A stretch of DNA of 43,671 nt, taken from contig QMQO01000006.1 of assembly GCA_003650545.1 (NCBI GenBank), forward strand, positions 1 through 43,671, in the 5' to 3' direction. Positions 17,901-25,318 of the stretch are shown here, one piece after another (position 1 is the stretch's first letter; the number at the start of each line of letters is the position of its first letter). The DNA comes from Candidatus Woesearchaeota archaeon. Lineage in GTDB: Archaea; Nanobdellota; Nanobdellia; Woesearchaeales; B72-G16. A program made the position numbers and the translations under genes. The notes beneath the pieces are model-generated. The model did not search any database. It worked only from the letters and a program-made list of their open reading frames with translations, and was not told the DNA's origin.

Positions 17901-19559
17901 AAAATAATAAGATACTATAGTTTTGATAATGCAAATAACCAAGAAATTATTGAGCAGAACTTTGTCTACATACAAACAGCAGGAGGAGTTGTTAACACTA
18001 CAGAAGCTGTAAATTGTACAATTTATGATTATACAAACATGACTAACAGTGTGTGTAATGATAGTGTAAAACGACGTTCTTTGATAATAAACAGTTTCAA
18101 CTATGATGGAACCTATGTTGAGAATAGTACAGAGATAAATAGCACCCTCAAAAATGTTGATGTGTTCTTGAGTCAGATATTTAATTCAAGTGTTAGCGAC
18201 TCATACTTATACAATATGACGTTGTATTCTGCAAATGTCACAGATAATAAAATAATTAACGGAACTATTGGATATCTAGGTATAAATTATACAAGTGGAT
18301 CTGTAATATCTTTACTATGTGGAGACGGTATTCTTGATTATCCTGTTCTTGGAACATTTGAAACGTGTTCAAGCTGTCCTGCTGATCTCGGACCTTGCCC
18401 TACAACACCAACAGGTGGCGGGGGTGGACCAAGCAGAAGGGGAGGGGGCGCCTTTTATGGTGTTGGATTAGAATGTATACCAATATGGACTTGTGAACCA
18501 TGGGGAGAGTGCGTATTTGGTTTGCAAAATAGAACTTGTAAAGACACTCACAGATGTCGCCCCTCACAAGAAGATCTTATGTCTGGGTTGATGTATATTA
18601 AAGGTATCGATGTTTATAGAACAGAGACGCAAGCGTGTGAATTCATGACTAAAGAGAAAGCAGATCTGGATGTTGTAAACACTAGTAGAGATGTGTTCTT
18701 AGAAAAAGAATATTTCTTGATAACCATAAATGGAGAGGAACATAAAATTGTTGTAAGTAAGGTTTATAAGAAATATGTAGACCTTATAATTTACTCATCA
18801 GAGATGCATTTAAACATAAACATTGGCGAAAGTGTGGATCTTGATTTGGATGAGGATGGAACTAATGACTTGAGAATTATCTTAGAGGATATTGTCGAAG
18901 GTAAAGCAATCATAAGGTTTGAAAAAATAAAAATAGTTTTAGTAGAGGAAAAGCCGACACTGGAAGAGGTTTCGGCTATCTCTGATGTTGAAAAATATAG
19001 CTTGATTTTCTATTTAACAGGAATATTCTATGGGGTTATGTTATTTATTGCTTTATTTGTTATCGTTAATTTGGTGATAAAAGCAGTTTATGTGATTTAC
19101 GAAAAGAGTCAACCCCCAGAATTCAAGTTCACAAAGGCCAAGGAAAAGAGAATGAAGACTCTTAGGGAATACAAATTAGAAAAGAAAGTGAAGACTGTTG
19201 GTAGAATTAAAAAGATGAAAGGTGTTGATGTCACTGTTTTAAAGAAAGTACATGATGGCAAAACACTAAGAATGATGCAGAAGCTGAAGCCAACAGATGA
19301 AGAGATAAAAGATATTAATAAAAAGATCAAGCTTCTAAGTATGGGAAAAGGGATAGAGACAGACAAAGGACTTGAACAGATAGAAGAATTGTTGAAGAAG
19401 ATTAAAATCAAGAGCCAAGAAGAGAAAGAAAAAGAAAATATTGAGAAAAGAGTTAAGCAACTAAAAAGAAAGCAAAAGAAAGGACATAAGTTGGACGAAA
19501 AAGAAAAAAGGGAGCTTATTAGTTTAGAATCCAAAGTCAAAAGAGTCAAAGTAAGATGA
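11928..19559 (+). CDS. Giant modular cell-surface protein B (2543 aa), paralog of protein A
   Basis: Signal-peptide-like N-terminus; modules colinear with those of 700..11931; C-terminal TM (SLIFYLTGIFYGVMLFIALFVIVNLVI) and a Lys/Glu-rich tail; ATGA overlap with protein A. Confidence 0.85.
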   Translation: MNRKVLNLIIVIVLVFCAMIMVNISINVLAFESAGVDTTASLDYIEINPERGKYNVLITVNSSGADGGDVDNVTLMCGNITGVYNLCNSTWGSPERSCNFNSPWVDDALHTIYCVVKNTFNNTSPERNAIFTADNTAPITLGVLNVEGDTDAKFWDTDDDSNTVIQVNLNETGAACRYSSLDINYSSMPPAQSCSVVGSLVSCNVWNLVGGQINETNVSISCIDMYNNEQNSTQNIDVVFGVDWTEPSINTDNDGQIHLPGYVINLSVNDQPPGTIVYAKYCNDTIGTCEPYLPFNDGDSVTFDQRGTWYLKYNASDEAGNYNETKETIIFINQMPAVSAQVYSYQAPHNIVVNITVLENDSSQSVVCSIKHRKNASFDVFSNKTMSLVSGVSTNGTFQAILSHLDGYFIGQALQTYVSCYDGMEFVNSTFNSTIMPNIKPILLVDVPDVYMKEDTPSVDVFDLDNYFNDPDGDMLTYTSNGSHIFSSFDGDNNVTFLSTPQNWYGFEYIQFRANDSSIDSNTSNIVNVTVYSVPDIQLGMYSGTDYDSLAEIFAGDKYVKIANKYSYIYNSSYTTINFSDKINFTRDINISDVFVIKRNYVSANTTAWPEINKSAIITFNQLDEIYTDEIYIIKDGIRCDHTNLCDVIEWNKTTKTVIINVTSFSTYWIANSQTLPNVTTPNITPSPAYANDTLSCITNVTDVEQELVNVSFTWYVNGVYNSTWDTTVTCNTTIKICHTNVPIDSSYLTKFDNFTCSVQAYDGINYSVPKNNSQVISNYIPVFDFVLTDQSINHTENLTYDINCSDPVDFDTLYYYDNTSLFDIDINNGSIVDDPTVFDTGQHSILITCGDNWDNSTNSFNYEVKDVAPVVTNVILNSTDIGNLTTGNLTVYHTYSDYEGDTEQGIWIKWYINASEQTNLENFTVVLEGNTSKHEVWWVRIAVFDGAKWSAFNNSNNVTIRNTAPVFDFSLGKQSLNHTENLTYDINCSDNDGDVIIYYDNTTLFSINASTGLIKDNPTVFETGEYAILIICSDGEVNVTGNFVYEINDSTPYLTNVLINSTDPGNRTNGSLMLNYVFNDFDNDSEIDREVIWYKGDVVQPALENQTVVLSENTTRDDVWVARVKVFDGAKWSDVVNSTSITIENSVLVFSPDLVNQSVYHNTNLVYDINCTDNDGDVKYFDNTSLFDINLDTGLIVDNPSQVETGIYAINITCTSEGDTETVSQVFFYTILNRYPNATNVRLVSDDLLNRTNGTLIASFTYNDADGDAKQDQQIIWYKNDVPQAGLENRTSIENYITTKHENWSFSLRVYDGLYWSNYTNSTTLTIKNSKPTHTYPRITPDPVLFDYNLTCYNQSTNDNDEDSVTNYYMWYVNDTLVWTASNYLIFDNFSIGDNITCQVIPFDGEENGTALNTTVEATNGEPTFSTVLVNPAAGKLNTNITLTTINAIDYEGDDIQLRCGDSPGVRNLCNSTFGQPERSCSFYSPWNDNEIHAIYCVVVDATDVSLEKTVTFIADNLAPIISTSNLSDIAGDSIAPYWDVINDGQTALTFNFSEPLLRCRWSTTDTNYNNISSSHECLIVGNDSICYLGSLAMSVSNIGYYVSCIDIYDNENTQTDNVDVPIFGTDWRAPDTYTDVNESEVYVPAHDVIIIEHDLPTGTNVTTYCCLDQANVCVPNSNCDDGATGQNNITIPVAIRGTNFIRYYSIDGAGNNQSLQSKNVTINSLPVIAAQEYFNYTKNHIFSVIVNASDVNEQTLKCYLQHRLAGEIDYTTKLMSLTSLIASNGTFAVNISMADGYTPGDNIEMYVNCSDGLENSSTALTRNMLPNNAPAVPTLISPVNETITNSSPILFNYSSNDVDTIDNLTYYIIADTNRSPTTVIFVTPNTSYSWTPIENRYYWKIIVSDGFSNTTSDTKTFLLDTSSPVTTDNVSNWYDYVPTVIGLNATDNLAGINYTRYCVTDANSTCDPINNGTYGTEITILCGVNTACQKIIRYYSFDNANNQEIIEQNFVYIQTAGGVVNTTEAVNCTIYDYTNMTNSVCNDSVKRRSLIINSFNYDGTYVENSTEINSTLKNVDVFLSQIFNSSVSDSYLYNMTLYSANVTDNKIINGTIGYLGINYTSGSVISLLCGDGILDYPVLGTFETCSSCPADLGPCPTTPTGGGGGPSRRGGGAFYGVGLECIPIWTCEPWGECVFGLQNRTCKDTHRCRPSQEDLMSGLMYIKGIDVYRTETQACEFMTKEKADLDVVNTSRDVFLEKEYFLITINGEEHKIVVSKVYKKYVDLIIYSSEMHLNINIGESVDLDLDEDGTNDLRIILEDIVEGKAIIRFEKIKIVLVEEKPTLEEVSAISDVEKYSLIFYLTGIFYGVMLFIALFVIVNLVIKAVYVIYEKSQPPEFKFTKAKEKRMKTLREYKLEKKVKTVGRIKKMKGVDVTVLKKVHDGKTLRMMQKLKPTDEEIKDINKKIKLLSMGKGIETDKGLEQIEELLKKIKIKSQEEKEKENIEKRVKQLKRKQKKGHKLDEKEKRELISLESKVKRVKVR

Positions 19560-19600
19560 TAGCAAAATGATTTAAATGGTTAATTATTTCCTTGAGTCAG

Positions 19601-19870
19601 ATGCTTATTGTAAAATTTTTGGGGTTAATGGATTTGTTTTGTGCAGTTACGATTGTGTTGTTGAATTATGGTCTTATAAACAAACTCATTGCTGTTGGAG
19701 CAATTCTATATTTGATTGTAAAAGGTTTTATGTTTAGAAAGGATATCTCAAGTATCTTAGACGTAATAAGCGGATTATATATGTGTTTACTACTTCTAGG
19801 CTTTGGCTCTATTTTAACATTTATTTTTGTGGTGTATCTTGTTGAGAAAGGCATTATTTCTTTGGCATAG
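19601..19870 (+). CDS. Small multi-pass membrane protein of unknown function
   Basis: Almost wholly hydrophobic ORF. ATG 19601 is preferred over TTG 19592 given a TTTAAAT box at ~19571. Confidence 0.7.
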   Translation: MLIVKFLGLMDLFCAVTIVLLNYGLINKLIAVGAILYLIVKGFMFRKDISSILDVISGLYMCLLLLGFGSILTFIFVVYLVEKGIISLA

Positions 19871-19910
19871 CTTCATATTTCTTTATCTGAACAGAACTAA
19901 TCTATTTTTC

Positions 19911-20657
19911 TTAATCTATTTTTTTATAAAAGAATAAAAACATAAGCATCACAAGCAGGCCTATTGCTACTGATAAGAAGAGTAGTAAAATCAAGGGGGT
20001 ATGTAATAGTAGTAGTATTGAAGCTACAACTATAAAACCAAAAATAAAGAAGTAGGCTAGTTTGTTACCAAAGAAGATATTCATACCATCTGTATATGGT
20101 ATTGGAAGCACACTAAATATGGCAAACCAGATGTTGACAAATATAGCTGTGTTTATTAACGGATTCCCTTGGAACGGTGTTCTTAAAAGATAGAAAATAA
20201 ATGCGAGGGCTAGATTTGAGAGGGGACCTGCTGCAGAGACCATTGAGTGTGCACCTACATTAACACCGTATGGAAAATAACCAAGCCTGTGCTTAGCCAT
20301 TTTAGTTAGAATAATGGCTCCTGGTAAAATTATTAGTAGCTTTGCTTGAGATATTAAAGCTATTACTAAACTAACAAATAAACCAAGATACCAAGCTTTA
20401 AACTCTGCTTTATAGCCTAACTTTAAAGCGTATATTTTTTGTATAGATATGTGAACAACAACTGCTAATGTAACGATGAGAAACATGCTGAGTAAGTTGT
20501 GATACCAGTAAAAACCTAGTTCTTTCGATCCTGTCTTATCATCTATTCCAAAGATAAAACCAAAGATTAGAATGGTTAAGATCAAACCAGTAAATTCTCT
20601 TTTAGAGAAACGAAAATACCTTTTTATTTTGTCATACCAGTTATACAAACCACACAT
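19911..20657 (-). CDS. Site-2 protease (M50)-like membrane protein with degenerate metal-binding motif
   Basis: Multi-TM; VSAAGPLSNL and VLPIPYTDG match M50 AGPxxN and NLLPxxPxDG; the HExxH position reads HISIQ. Confidence 0.7.
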   Translation of the reverse strand: MCGLYNWYDKIKRYFRFSKREFTGLILTILIFGFIFGIDDKTGSKELGFYWYHNLLSMFLIVTLAVVVHISIQKIYALKLGYKAEFKAWYLGLFVSLVIALISQAKLLIILPGAIILTKMAKHRLGYFPYGVNVGAHSMVSAAGPLSNLALAFIFYLLRTPFQGNPLINTAIFVNIWFAIFSVLPIPYTDGMNIFFGNKLAYFFIFGFIVVASILLLLHTPLILLLFLSVAIGLLVMLMFLFFYKKID

Positions 20658-20667
20658 ATTTTTATGA

Positions 20668-21378
20668 CTAAGTAGTGCTTGTTTTTATATATTTTGTTTT
20701 TACTAATTTGAGAATAGCTTCTTCATGACCTGCACCAACAATAGCTAATATTTTTTTATCTGGGAAATGTTTCATTAGCCCTGTCAGATTTTTAGCCATT
20801 ACTCTGTTTCTATCTACAATCAAACTTTTGTAGATGTTAGGATAACGATATTTCAGGTCTTGAATTAATTTATTTATTGTTGCTTGGCTAGGTACCTTAG
20901 ACAAATCAAGATTTTCCAAACCGTATTTTTTAAGTTGTTTTTTTTTGAAGAATATTCCTTTGAATACATCTGCAATAAAGCGAAAACGTTCTTTCCAAGT
21001 GAAAGTTTTTGAGAATTCTTTCATGGTGACTAATATATCCTGATCAATTAAGGCTAATCTAAGTTGTAGCTTTTGAGCTAACCTTATAGCCTCTTTCATC
21101 TCTTCCCCAGGAAGTACGCCAACTTTGCTTCCTAATTTTTTTTGAATATAAGAACCAATCAAAGTAAATAAATAACCTTTTAGACCAATGTGTTTTATTA
21201 AAGCCAGGTTAGGTCTTGGGCGTTCTTTTGACATTAAAGCTGCAAGACGTTGTTTGTCAAGTTCAAGGGCTATTATCCCCGGCATCTCGGTTAGTATTAA
21301 ATGTCTTACTTCCTTATAAGACTGTCTAGCTATATGAGATGTACCGATTATAATCAAATTTTTATATCTTAATACCAT
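20668..21378 (-). CDS. traB: TraB/PrgY (pheromone shutdown, TIKI-like) family protein
   Basis: IIGTSHIA, IALELD..RL, PGEEM..AI, LIDQDI..T, DRN..MA and AIVGAGH motifs. Confidence 0.85.
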   Translation of the reverse strand: MVLRYKNLIIIGTSHIARQSYKEVRHLILTEMPGIIALELDKQRLAALMSKERPRPNLALIKHIGLKGYLFTLIGSYIQKKLGSKVGVLPGEEMKEAIRLAQKLQLRLALIDQDILVTMKEFSKTFTWKERFRFIADVFKGIFFKKKQLKKYGLENLDLSKVPSQATINKLIQDLKYRYPNIYKSLIVDRNRVMAKNLTGLMKHFPDKKILAIVGAGHEEAILKLVKTKYIKTSTT

Positions 21379-21542
21379 ATTTGCAAGATTGTAAGCAATT
21401 TATTTAAATATTACTTATTTAAATATTGCTGGTTTTATTGCCATTCTGTAGTACTGGCGAATAGAAAAGTATTTAAAGTTCTTGCTTTTAATTGTTGTTT
21501 AATTGTTGATATCAGTAAGATATATGCAAAGGAGGGATAATC

Positions 21543-21812
21543 GTGTTAAAGATGAAAAAAATTTCTGAAACTTATGATATGAAAGTTTTTACAGATTCTG
21601 GTGAATATTTCGGCGATATTGAAGAGAGTATACTAACTCAGAATAAGATCTTTGGTTGGCGTGTGAAAGCAACAAAAAATTCTTTCCTAAACAAGGTTCT
21701 TGGTAGTGCAAAAGGCGTTATAGTGCCTCATCAGCTAGTCAAATCAATCGGAGATATAATGATAATAAGCAGGGCTGCTGTTCCAAGTTATTCGGGAGAA
21801 GAGGAGAAGTAA
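21543..21812 (+). CDS. PRC-barrel domain protein (CdpB-like)
   Basis: MKVFTDSGEYFGDIEE...VIVPHQLVKSIGDIMII PRC-barrel signature; GGAGG Shine-Dalgarno before the GTG start. Confidence 0.8.
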   Translation: MLKMKKISETYDMKVFTDSGEYFGDIEESILTQNKIFGWRVKATKNSFLNKVLGSAKGVIVPHQLVKSIGDIMIISRAAVPSYSGEEEK

Positions 21813-21845
21813 CCTTTCCTAATTCTTTTTGATTTTATAAACACA

Positions 21846-22490
21846 ATGAGATACGACTTACACATCCACACAAAGTATTCGCGTTGTTCAGCATTACAAC
21901 CAGCGAGAATTCTTAAAATCGCAAAAAAGAAAAAGCTTGATGGAATTGCAATAACAGATCACAATACAGTTAGAGGAGCGTTAGCAGTAAATAAACTTAA
22001 TAAGGACCCTGATTTTGAGGTTGTGGTTGGGAGCGAAATGAAATCAGAGTATGGAGATGTTCTTATTTATTATCAAAATGAAGAGATCAAAACCCGCAAT
22101 TTTTTAGAATTGATTGATGCTGTAAAGCAGCAAGGTGCGATGTTGGCTGTTGCACACCCGTTTAGAATTGTACCTTGGCTGAAGTTTAAACTGCCGTTAA
22201 AAAATTTGGTTGGTAAGGTTGATGCTGTTGAAACTTTTAATTCTAGGAATGCTTTCTGGTCAAATACGATTGCAACTAAAGAAGCCAAAAAATATGGTTT
22301 TGCAGGTGTTGGTGGTTCTGACGCACACTGGCCTTTTGATATTGGGAATGGTTATACAATATTCAGAGATAACTTAATAAAAGCTATTAAGACAAAACAA
22401 ACTGAAGTTGGAGGCACAACATATATGGTTGGGTTAAGTGCAATTCTTAGCACGGTTCAATCTAGAATAATCTATCCTATTTTTTCTTGA
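21846..22490 (+). CDS. PHP-domain metal-dependent phosphoesterase
   Basis: DLHIHT, IAITDHN, AHPF, VETFN and GGSDAH motifs. Confidence 0.9.
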   Translation: MRYDLHIHTKYSRCSALQPARILKIAKKKKLDGIAITDHNTVRGALAVNKLNKDPDFEVVVGSEMKSEYGDVLIYYQNEEIKTRNFLELIDAVKQQGAMLAVAHPFRIVPWLKFKLPLKNLVGKVDAVETFNSRNAFWSNTIATKEAKKYGFAGVGGSDAHWPFDIGNGYTIFRDNLIKAIKTKQTEVGGTTYMVGLSAILSTVQSRIIYPIFS

Positions 22491-23013
22491 TTTTTTTCTT
22501 AAGAATTTGTTTGATCTCTTTATCAATTTTAATTATATACTCGATACATGTATATGATGTATAAATTGTGACAACTAGTAATGCCCAGTACGCGGCCGGG
22601 AAACTTAATAGAATGTAGATTATAACAAGTGTTTGTAATATCATTTTAATCTTGCCAGAGGTTTTGGCCTGGACAACCACGCCATATGAAGCAGCAACCA
22701 TTCTAAAACCGCTGACCAAAAATTCCCTTGCCAAGATTATGAAAACCATCCAGTAGAATGAAGGTTGCAAAGTTATTATATATAAAAAGGCTAAGGTTAT
22801 TAGTAATTTGTCTGCAATTTGGTCAAATACCTTCCCAAAAGCAGTTACTTTTTTGGTTTTTCTCGCGACATAGCCATCTAATATGTCAGTAACGGAAATT
22901 GCAATAAAAACAATTGTCAGAATATAATTCTTATTAGGAAAACTCAATAACATCAAAACCAGTAAGCCAAAAATCATAAATATTCTTGCAACAGTTATTT
23001 TATTAGCTGTATT
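22477..23013 (-). CDS. pgsA: CDP-alcohol phosphatidyltransferase, PgsA-like
   Basis: ANKITVARI; DILDGYVARK..VTAFGKVFDQIADK signature; AREFLVSGFR; GKIKM. Start taken at MNTANK (approximate). Confidence 0.8.
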   Translation of the reverse strand, partial: NTANKITVARIFMIFGLLVLMLLSFPNKNYILTIVFIAISVTDILDGYVARKTKKVTAFGKVFDQIADKLLITLAFLYIITLQPSFYWMVFIILAREFLVSGFRMVAASYGVVVQAKTSGKIKMILQTLVIIYILLSFPAAYWALLVVTIYTSYTCIEYIIKIDKEIKQILKKKIKKK

Positions 23014-23455
23014 CATTTGCTTTCTTCTCAAACTCCTCTAATGAAATTTTTTCAACCGAGCTTTGCAATGTGCTAAGACCATGTTTAAATCGATCTGTGA
23101 CTATATAGTGGGTTGCTGGAAATAACGCCCAGTGTTTACCTGTTTCTGAAAATGGATTGATAAAATATATTGAGAAATTTCTATAAGATATTAAAGTTTT
23201 CCATAATTTGATAACTTTTTTGAGATTCTCGCTGTTGTTGACACAAACGAGGGACAAATCGCGGTTGTTTTCTAACTCTTCTATGAGTTTTTTAGGGATG
23301 ATGTCTAGTTGTATTAGATATTTGGTTTTTCTTTCATTAAAAATAATTGTAAAAGAATCACTTTCTTCTTTAATATCTTTTATCTTCTTAAATAAGACAT
23401 CTTTGTTTTTCAAATAATCTATTAAATATTTTTTTGCTAATTCAATTGTATTCAT
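23003..23455 (-). CDS. Hypothetical protein
   Basis: 150-aa ORF overlapping the pgsA start, with a TATA-like box upstream; no motif recognised. Confidence 0.65.
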   Translation of the reverse strand: MNTIELAKKYLIDYLKNKDVLFKKIKDIKEESDSFTIIFNERKTKYLIQLDIIPKKLIEELENNRDLSLVCVNNSENLKKVIKLWKTLISYRNFSIYFINPFSETGKHWALFPATHYIVTDRFKHGLSTLQSSVEKISLEEFEKKANEYS

Positions 23456-23579
23456 CTAACTTAAGTAAACATTGAGTTATTTAAAATTTTTTGTTGGGTT
23501 TAAGGGGGATTAATTATTCACCACAAAGTTTATAAAAACAAATAAACTTAACAATTTAATAACGTAAAAAAGATTTTAA

Positions 23580-24026
23580 ATGGAAAAAGAATACCTAGAA
23601 AAAGCAAAAGAGGAACTTAAGAGGGTTGATCATCTAATTTTTGTCAGTCTTAAGTATACAAGAACAGTAGATGTAATAAGGAACATCATTCAAAGGATGA
23701 TTGCTAGTTTTGATTTTCTTGTTGAAGGGTTATGTGTTGAGCTAAAGGAGAGTAAGAAGATTGAGTCTGTTCCACAAGCGCCAGGGATGAGATGTAACAT
23801 AATTAAAGAGTATATAAAAGATGAGAGAATACTAGAGTTTGTTGATTTTTACTTGTATTTAAGAAAGCTTATTCTTAGCAAGTTTGATAGGCAACAAGAA
23901 TTTAGAAGGCATGTTACAATGATGACTTTTGTAAATGGAGAACAAATTAAGATTGATATCGACGCTGTAACAGAGTACTATAAAAAAGCAAAGAGTTATG
24001 TTGAATATATTGAAGGTGAAAAATGA
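23580..24026 (+). CDS. Hypothetical helical protein (possibly HEPN-like fold)
   Basis: 148-aa ORF, ATGA-coupled to minD. The YLEKAKEEL start and predicted all-helical pattern resemble HEPN only weakly. Confidence 0.6.
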   Translation: MEKEYLEKAKEELKRVDHLIFVSLKYTRTVDVIRNIIQRMIASFDFLVEGLCVELKESKKIESVPQAPGMRCNIIKEYIKDERILEFVDFYLYLRKLILSKFDRQQEFRRHVTMMTFVNGEQIKIDIDAVTEYYKKAKSYVEYIEGEK

Positions 24027-24736
24027 CCAAAATTTTAGGTATCTTATCTGGAAAGAGCGGAGTTGGAAAAACAACAGTCTCTATGAACTTAGGGATTGCA
24101 CTAGGAAATCATGGTAAAAATGTTATTCTTGTTGACGCAGATCTAGAGAGACCTAACTTAGGACTTTATCTTGGTGTTATTAAACCTGAAGCAACCTTGC
24201 ATGGTGCTTTAAAGGGTGAAATTAGCTTGGGAGACGCCTTGTACATGCATCGCTCGGGCCTCAAAGTTATTTTAGGTGATATCTCGGAACAGGATATAGG
24301 GAATAAATTTAAGAAATTAAAATTGTTGATTTCCGAACTTGAAAATAAGGCGGACGTTGTTATATTAGATACAGGTGGTTTTAATAAGGAACTCGCAGAT
24401 GTAATTGATCTAGCAATAATAGTTGTTAGTCCAGAGATGCCTGCTGTTGCTGATGCTTTGAGGGCTGTTAATGTGTTGCAAACGAGTGGTGTGAAACTTC
24501 TTGGTTGTATTGTTAATAAAGTAAGCCAAATATTAGATGTGACTATAGAAAATATACAAACTATTCTAGGCGTACCGGTTATCGCAGTAATACCCGACGA
24601 TAAAAAGATGAAAGAGGCTGTTAAGTTGAAGCACCCCATTGTATATAGCCATCCTGAAGCTGACTCTAGCAGCGTGTTTGATGCGCTCGCACTCTGCCTC
24701 GTGAATGATTATGATGATAGACGCAGAAATACTTAG
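24023..24736 (+). CDS. minD: MinD/ParA family ATPase
   Basis: SGKSGVGKTT deviant Walker A, LVDADL, VILDT, IVVSPE..AVADA, GCIVNK, VIPDD motifs. Confidence 0.9.
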   Translation: MTKILGILSGKSGVGKTTVSMNLGIALGNHGKNVILVDADLERPNLGLYLGVIKPEATLHGALKGEISLGDALYMHRSGLKVILGDISEQDIGNKFKKLKLLISELENKADVVILDTGGFNKELADVIDLAIIVVSPEMPAVADALRAVNVLQTSGVKLLGCIVNKVSQILDVTIENIQTILGVPVIAVIPDDKKMKEAVKLKHPIVYSHPEADSSSVFDALALCLVNDYDDRRRNT

Positions 24737-25247
24737 GAGAAAGGGTTGGACTGAAACTGAAATTGAAAGAGCATTTCTGATACTTAATTCAGCATATAAG
24801 AAAAAATCTCCCAAGATCAAATTTCTAGATAAAGCAATCTACTGGATTGTGTTGATTTTTCTGATAATTATTAACATAGCTACTGTTGGGTTGTTTGTGC
24901 CGATTTTTTTAGTCATAGGAGGGTTCTTCTTGTATTTCTTAGTGTTTATTGTAGGGCTCGTGTTTGGCTGGTTATTTAGTTTTATGATTAATGAGATTGA
25001 AGAGCTTGACCAAAAGGATCACCTTGTGGATGGTTTGATGATAATAGCGCTTGCACTGGTGGGTGTCTGGGTGAGTCTTAGTTTACTAAGCAAAGTGTCT
25101 CAATTACGCGCTAATTCTTTTTTGGTAGCTGCGATTTATGTTGTAGCGTATATGTTACCTTATTCTTATAGAAAAGCTAGAGGTAAAGTCATAACAGGTA
25201 AACAAGAAAGTAAACAAGAAAGTGAAAGGGTGACCGCCGGGATTTGA
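24705..25247 (+). CDS. Hypothetical membrane protein (about 4 TM)
   Basis: Hydrophobic segments after a charged N-terminal KGWTETEI helix; overlaps the minD end and the tRNA-His 3' end. Exact start uncertain. Confidence 0.7.
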   Translation: MIMMIDAEILRRKGWTETEIERAFLILNSAYKKKSPKIKFLDKAIYWIVLIFLIIINIATVGLFVPIFLVIGGFFLYFLVFIVGLVFGWLFSFMINEIEELDQKDHLVDGLMIIALALVGVWVSLSLLSKVSQLRANSFLVAAIYVVAYMLPYSYRKARGKVITGKQESKQESERVTAGI

Positions 25248-25318
25248 ACCCGGGCTAAAGGATAACTGTAGATTGTCTTCCACAGTCCTTTGTGCTGCCA
25301 GACTACACCACGGCCACC
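25229..25318 (-). tRNA. trnH: tRNA-His(GTG) with a 16-nt intron at 37/38 (25264..25279) and encoded G-1
   Basis: Minus strand: G-GTGGCCG...AAGGA CT GTG G [AAGACAATCTACAGTT] A TCCTT...CCGGG TTCAAAT CCCGG CGGTCAC C; canonical bulge-helix-bulge. Confidence 0.95.

Noticed and set aside
4270..18427. Diversity-generating retroelement (TR/VR pair) in the near-identical tracts
   Set aside because: Mismatches in the two aligned tracts are synonymous T/C changes rather than adenine-specific, both copies are coding, and no reverse transcriptase is present.
657..19549. Numerous 60-146 aa antisense or alternate-frame ORFs inside the giant genes
   Set aside because: Shadows of the long coding frames with no recognisable motifs.
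23580..24026. HEPN toxin of a toxin-antitoxin pair
   Set aside because: No clear Rx4-6H motif in the expected position and no adjacent nucleotidyltransferase; kept only as a weak fold guess.
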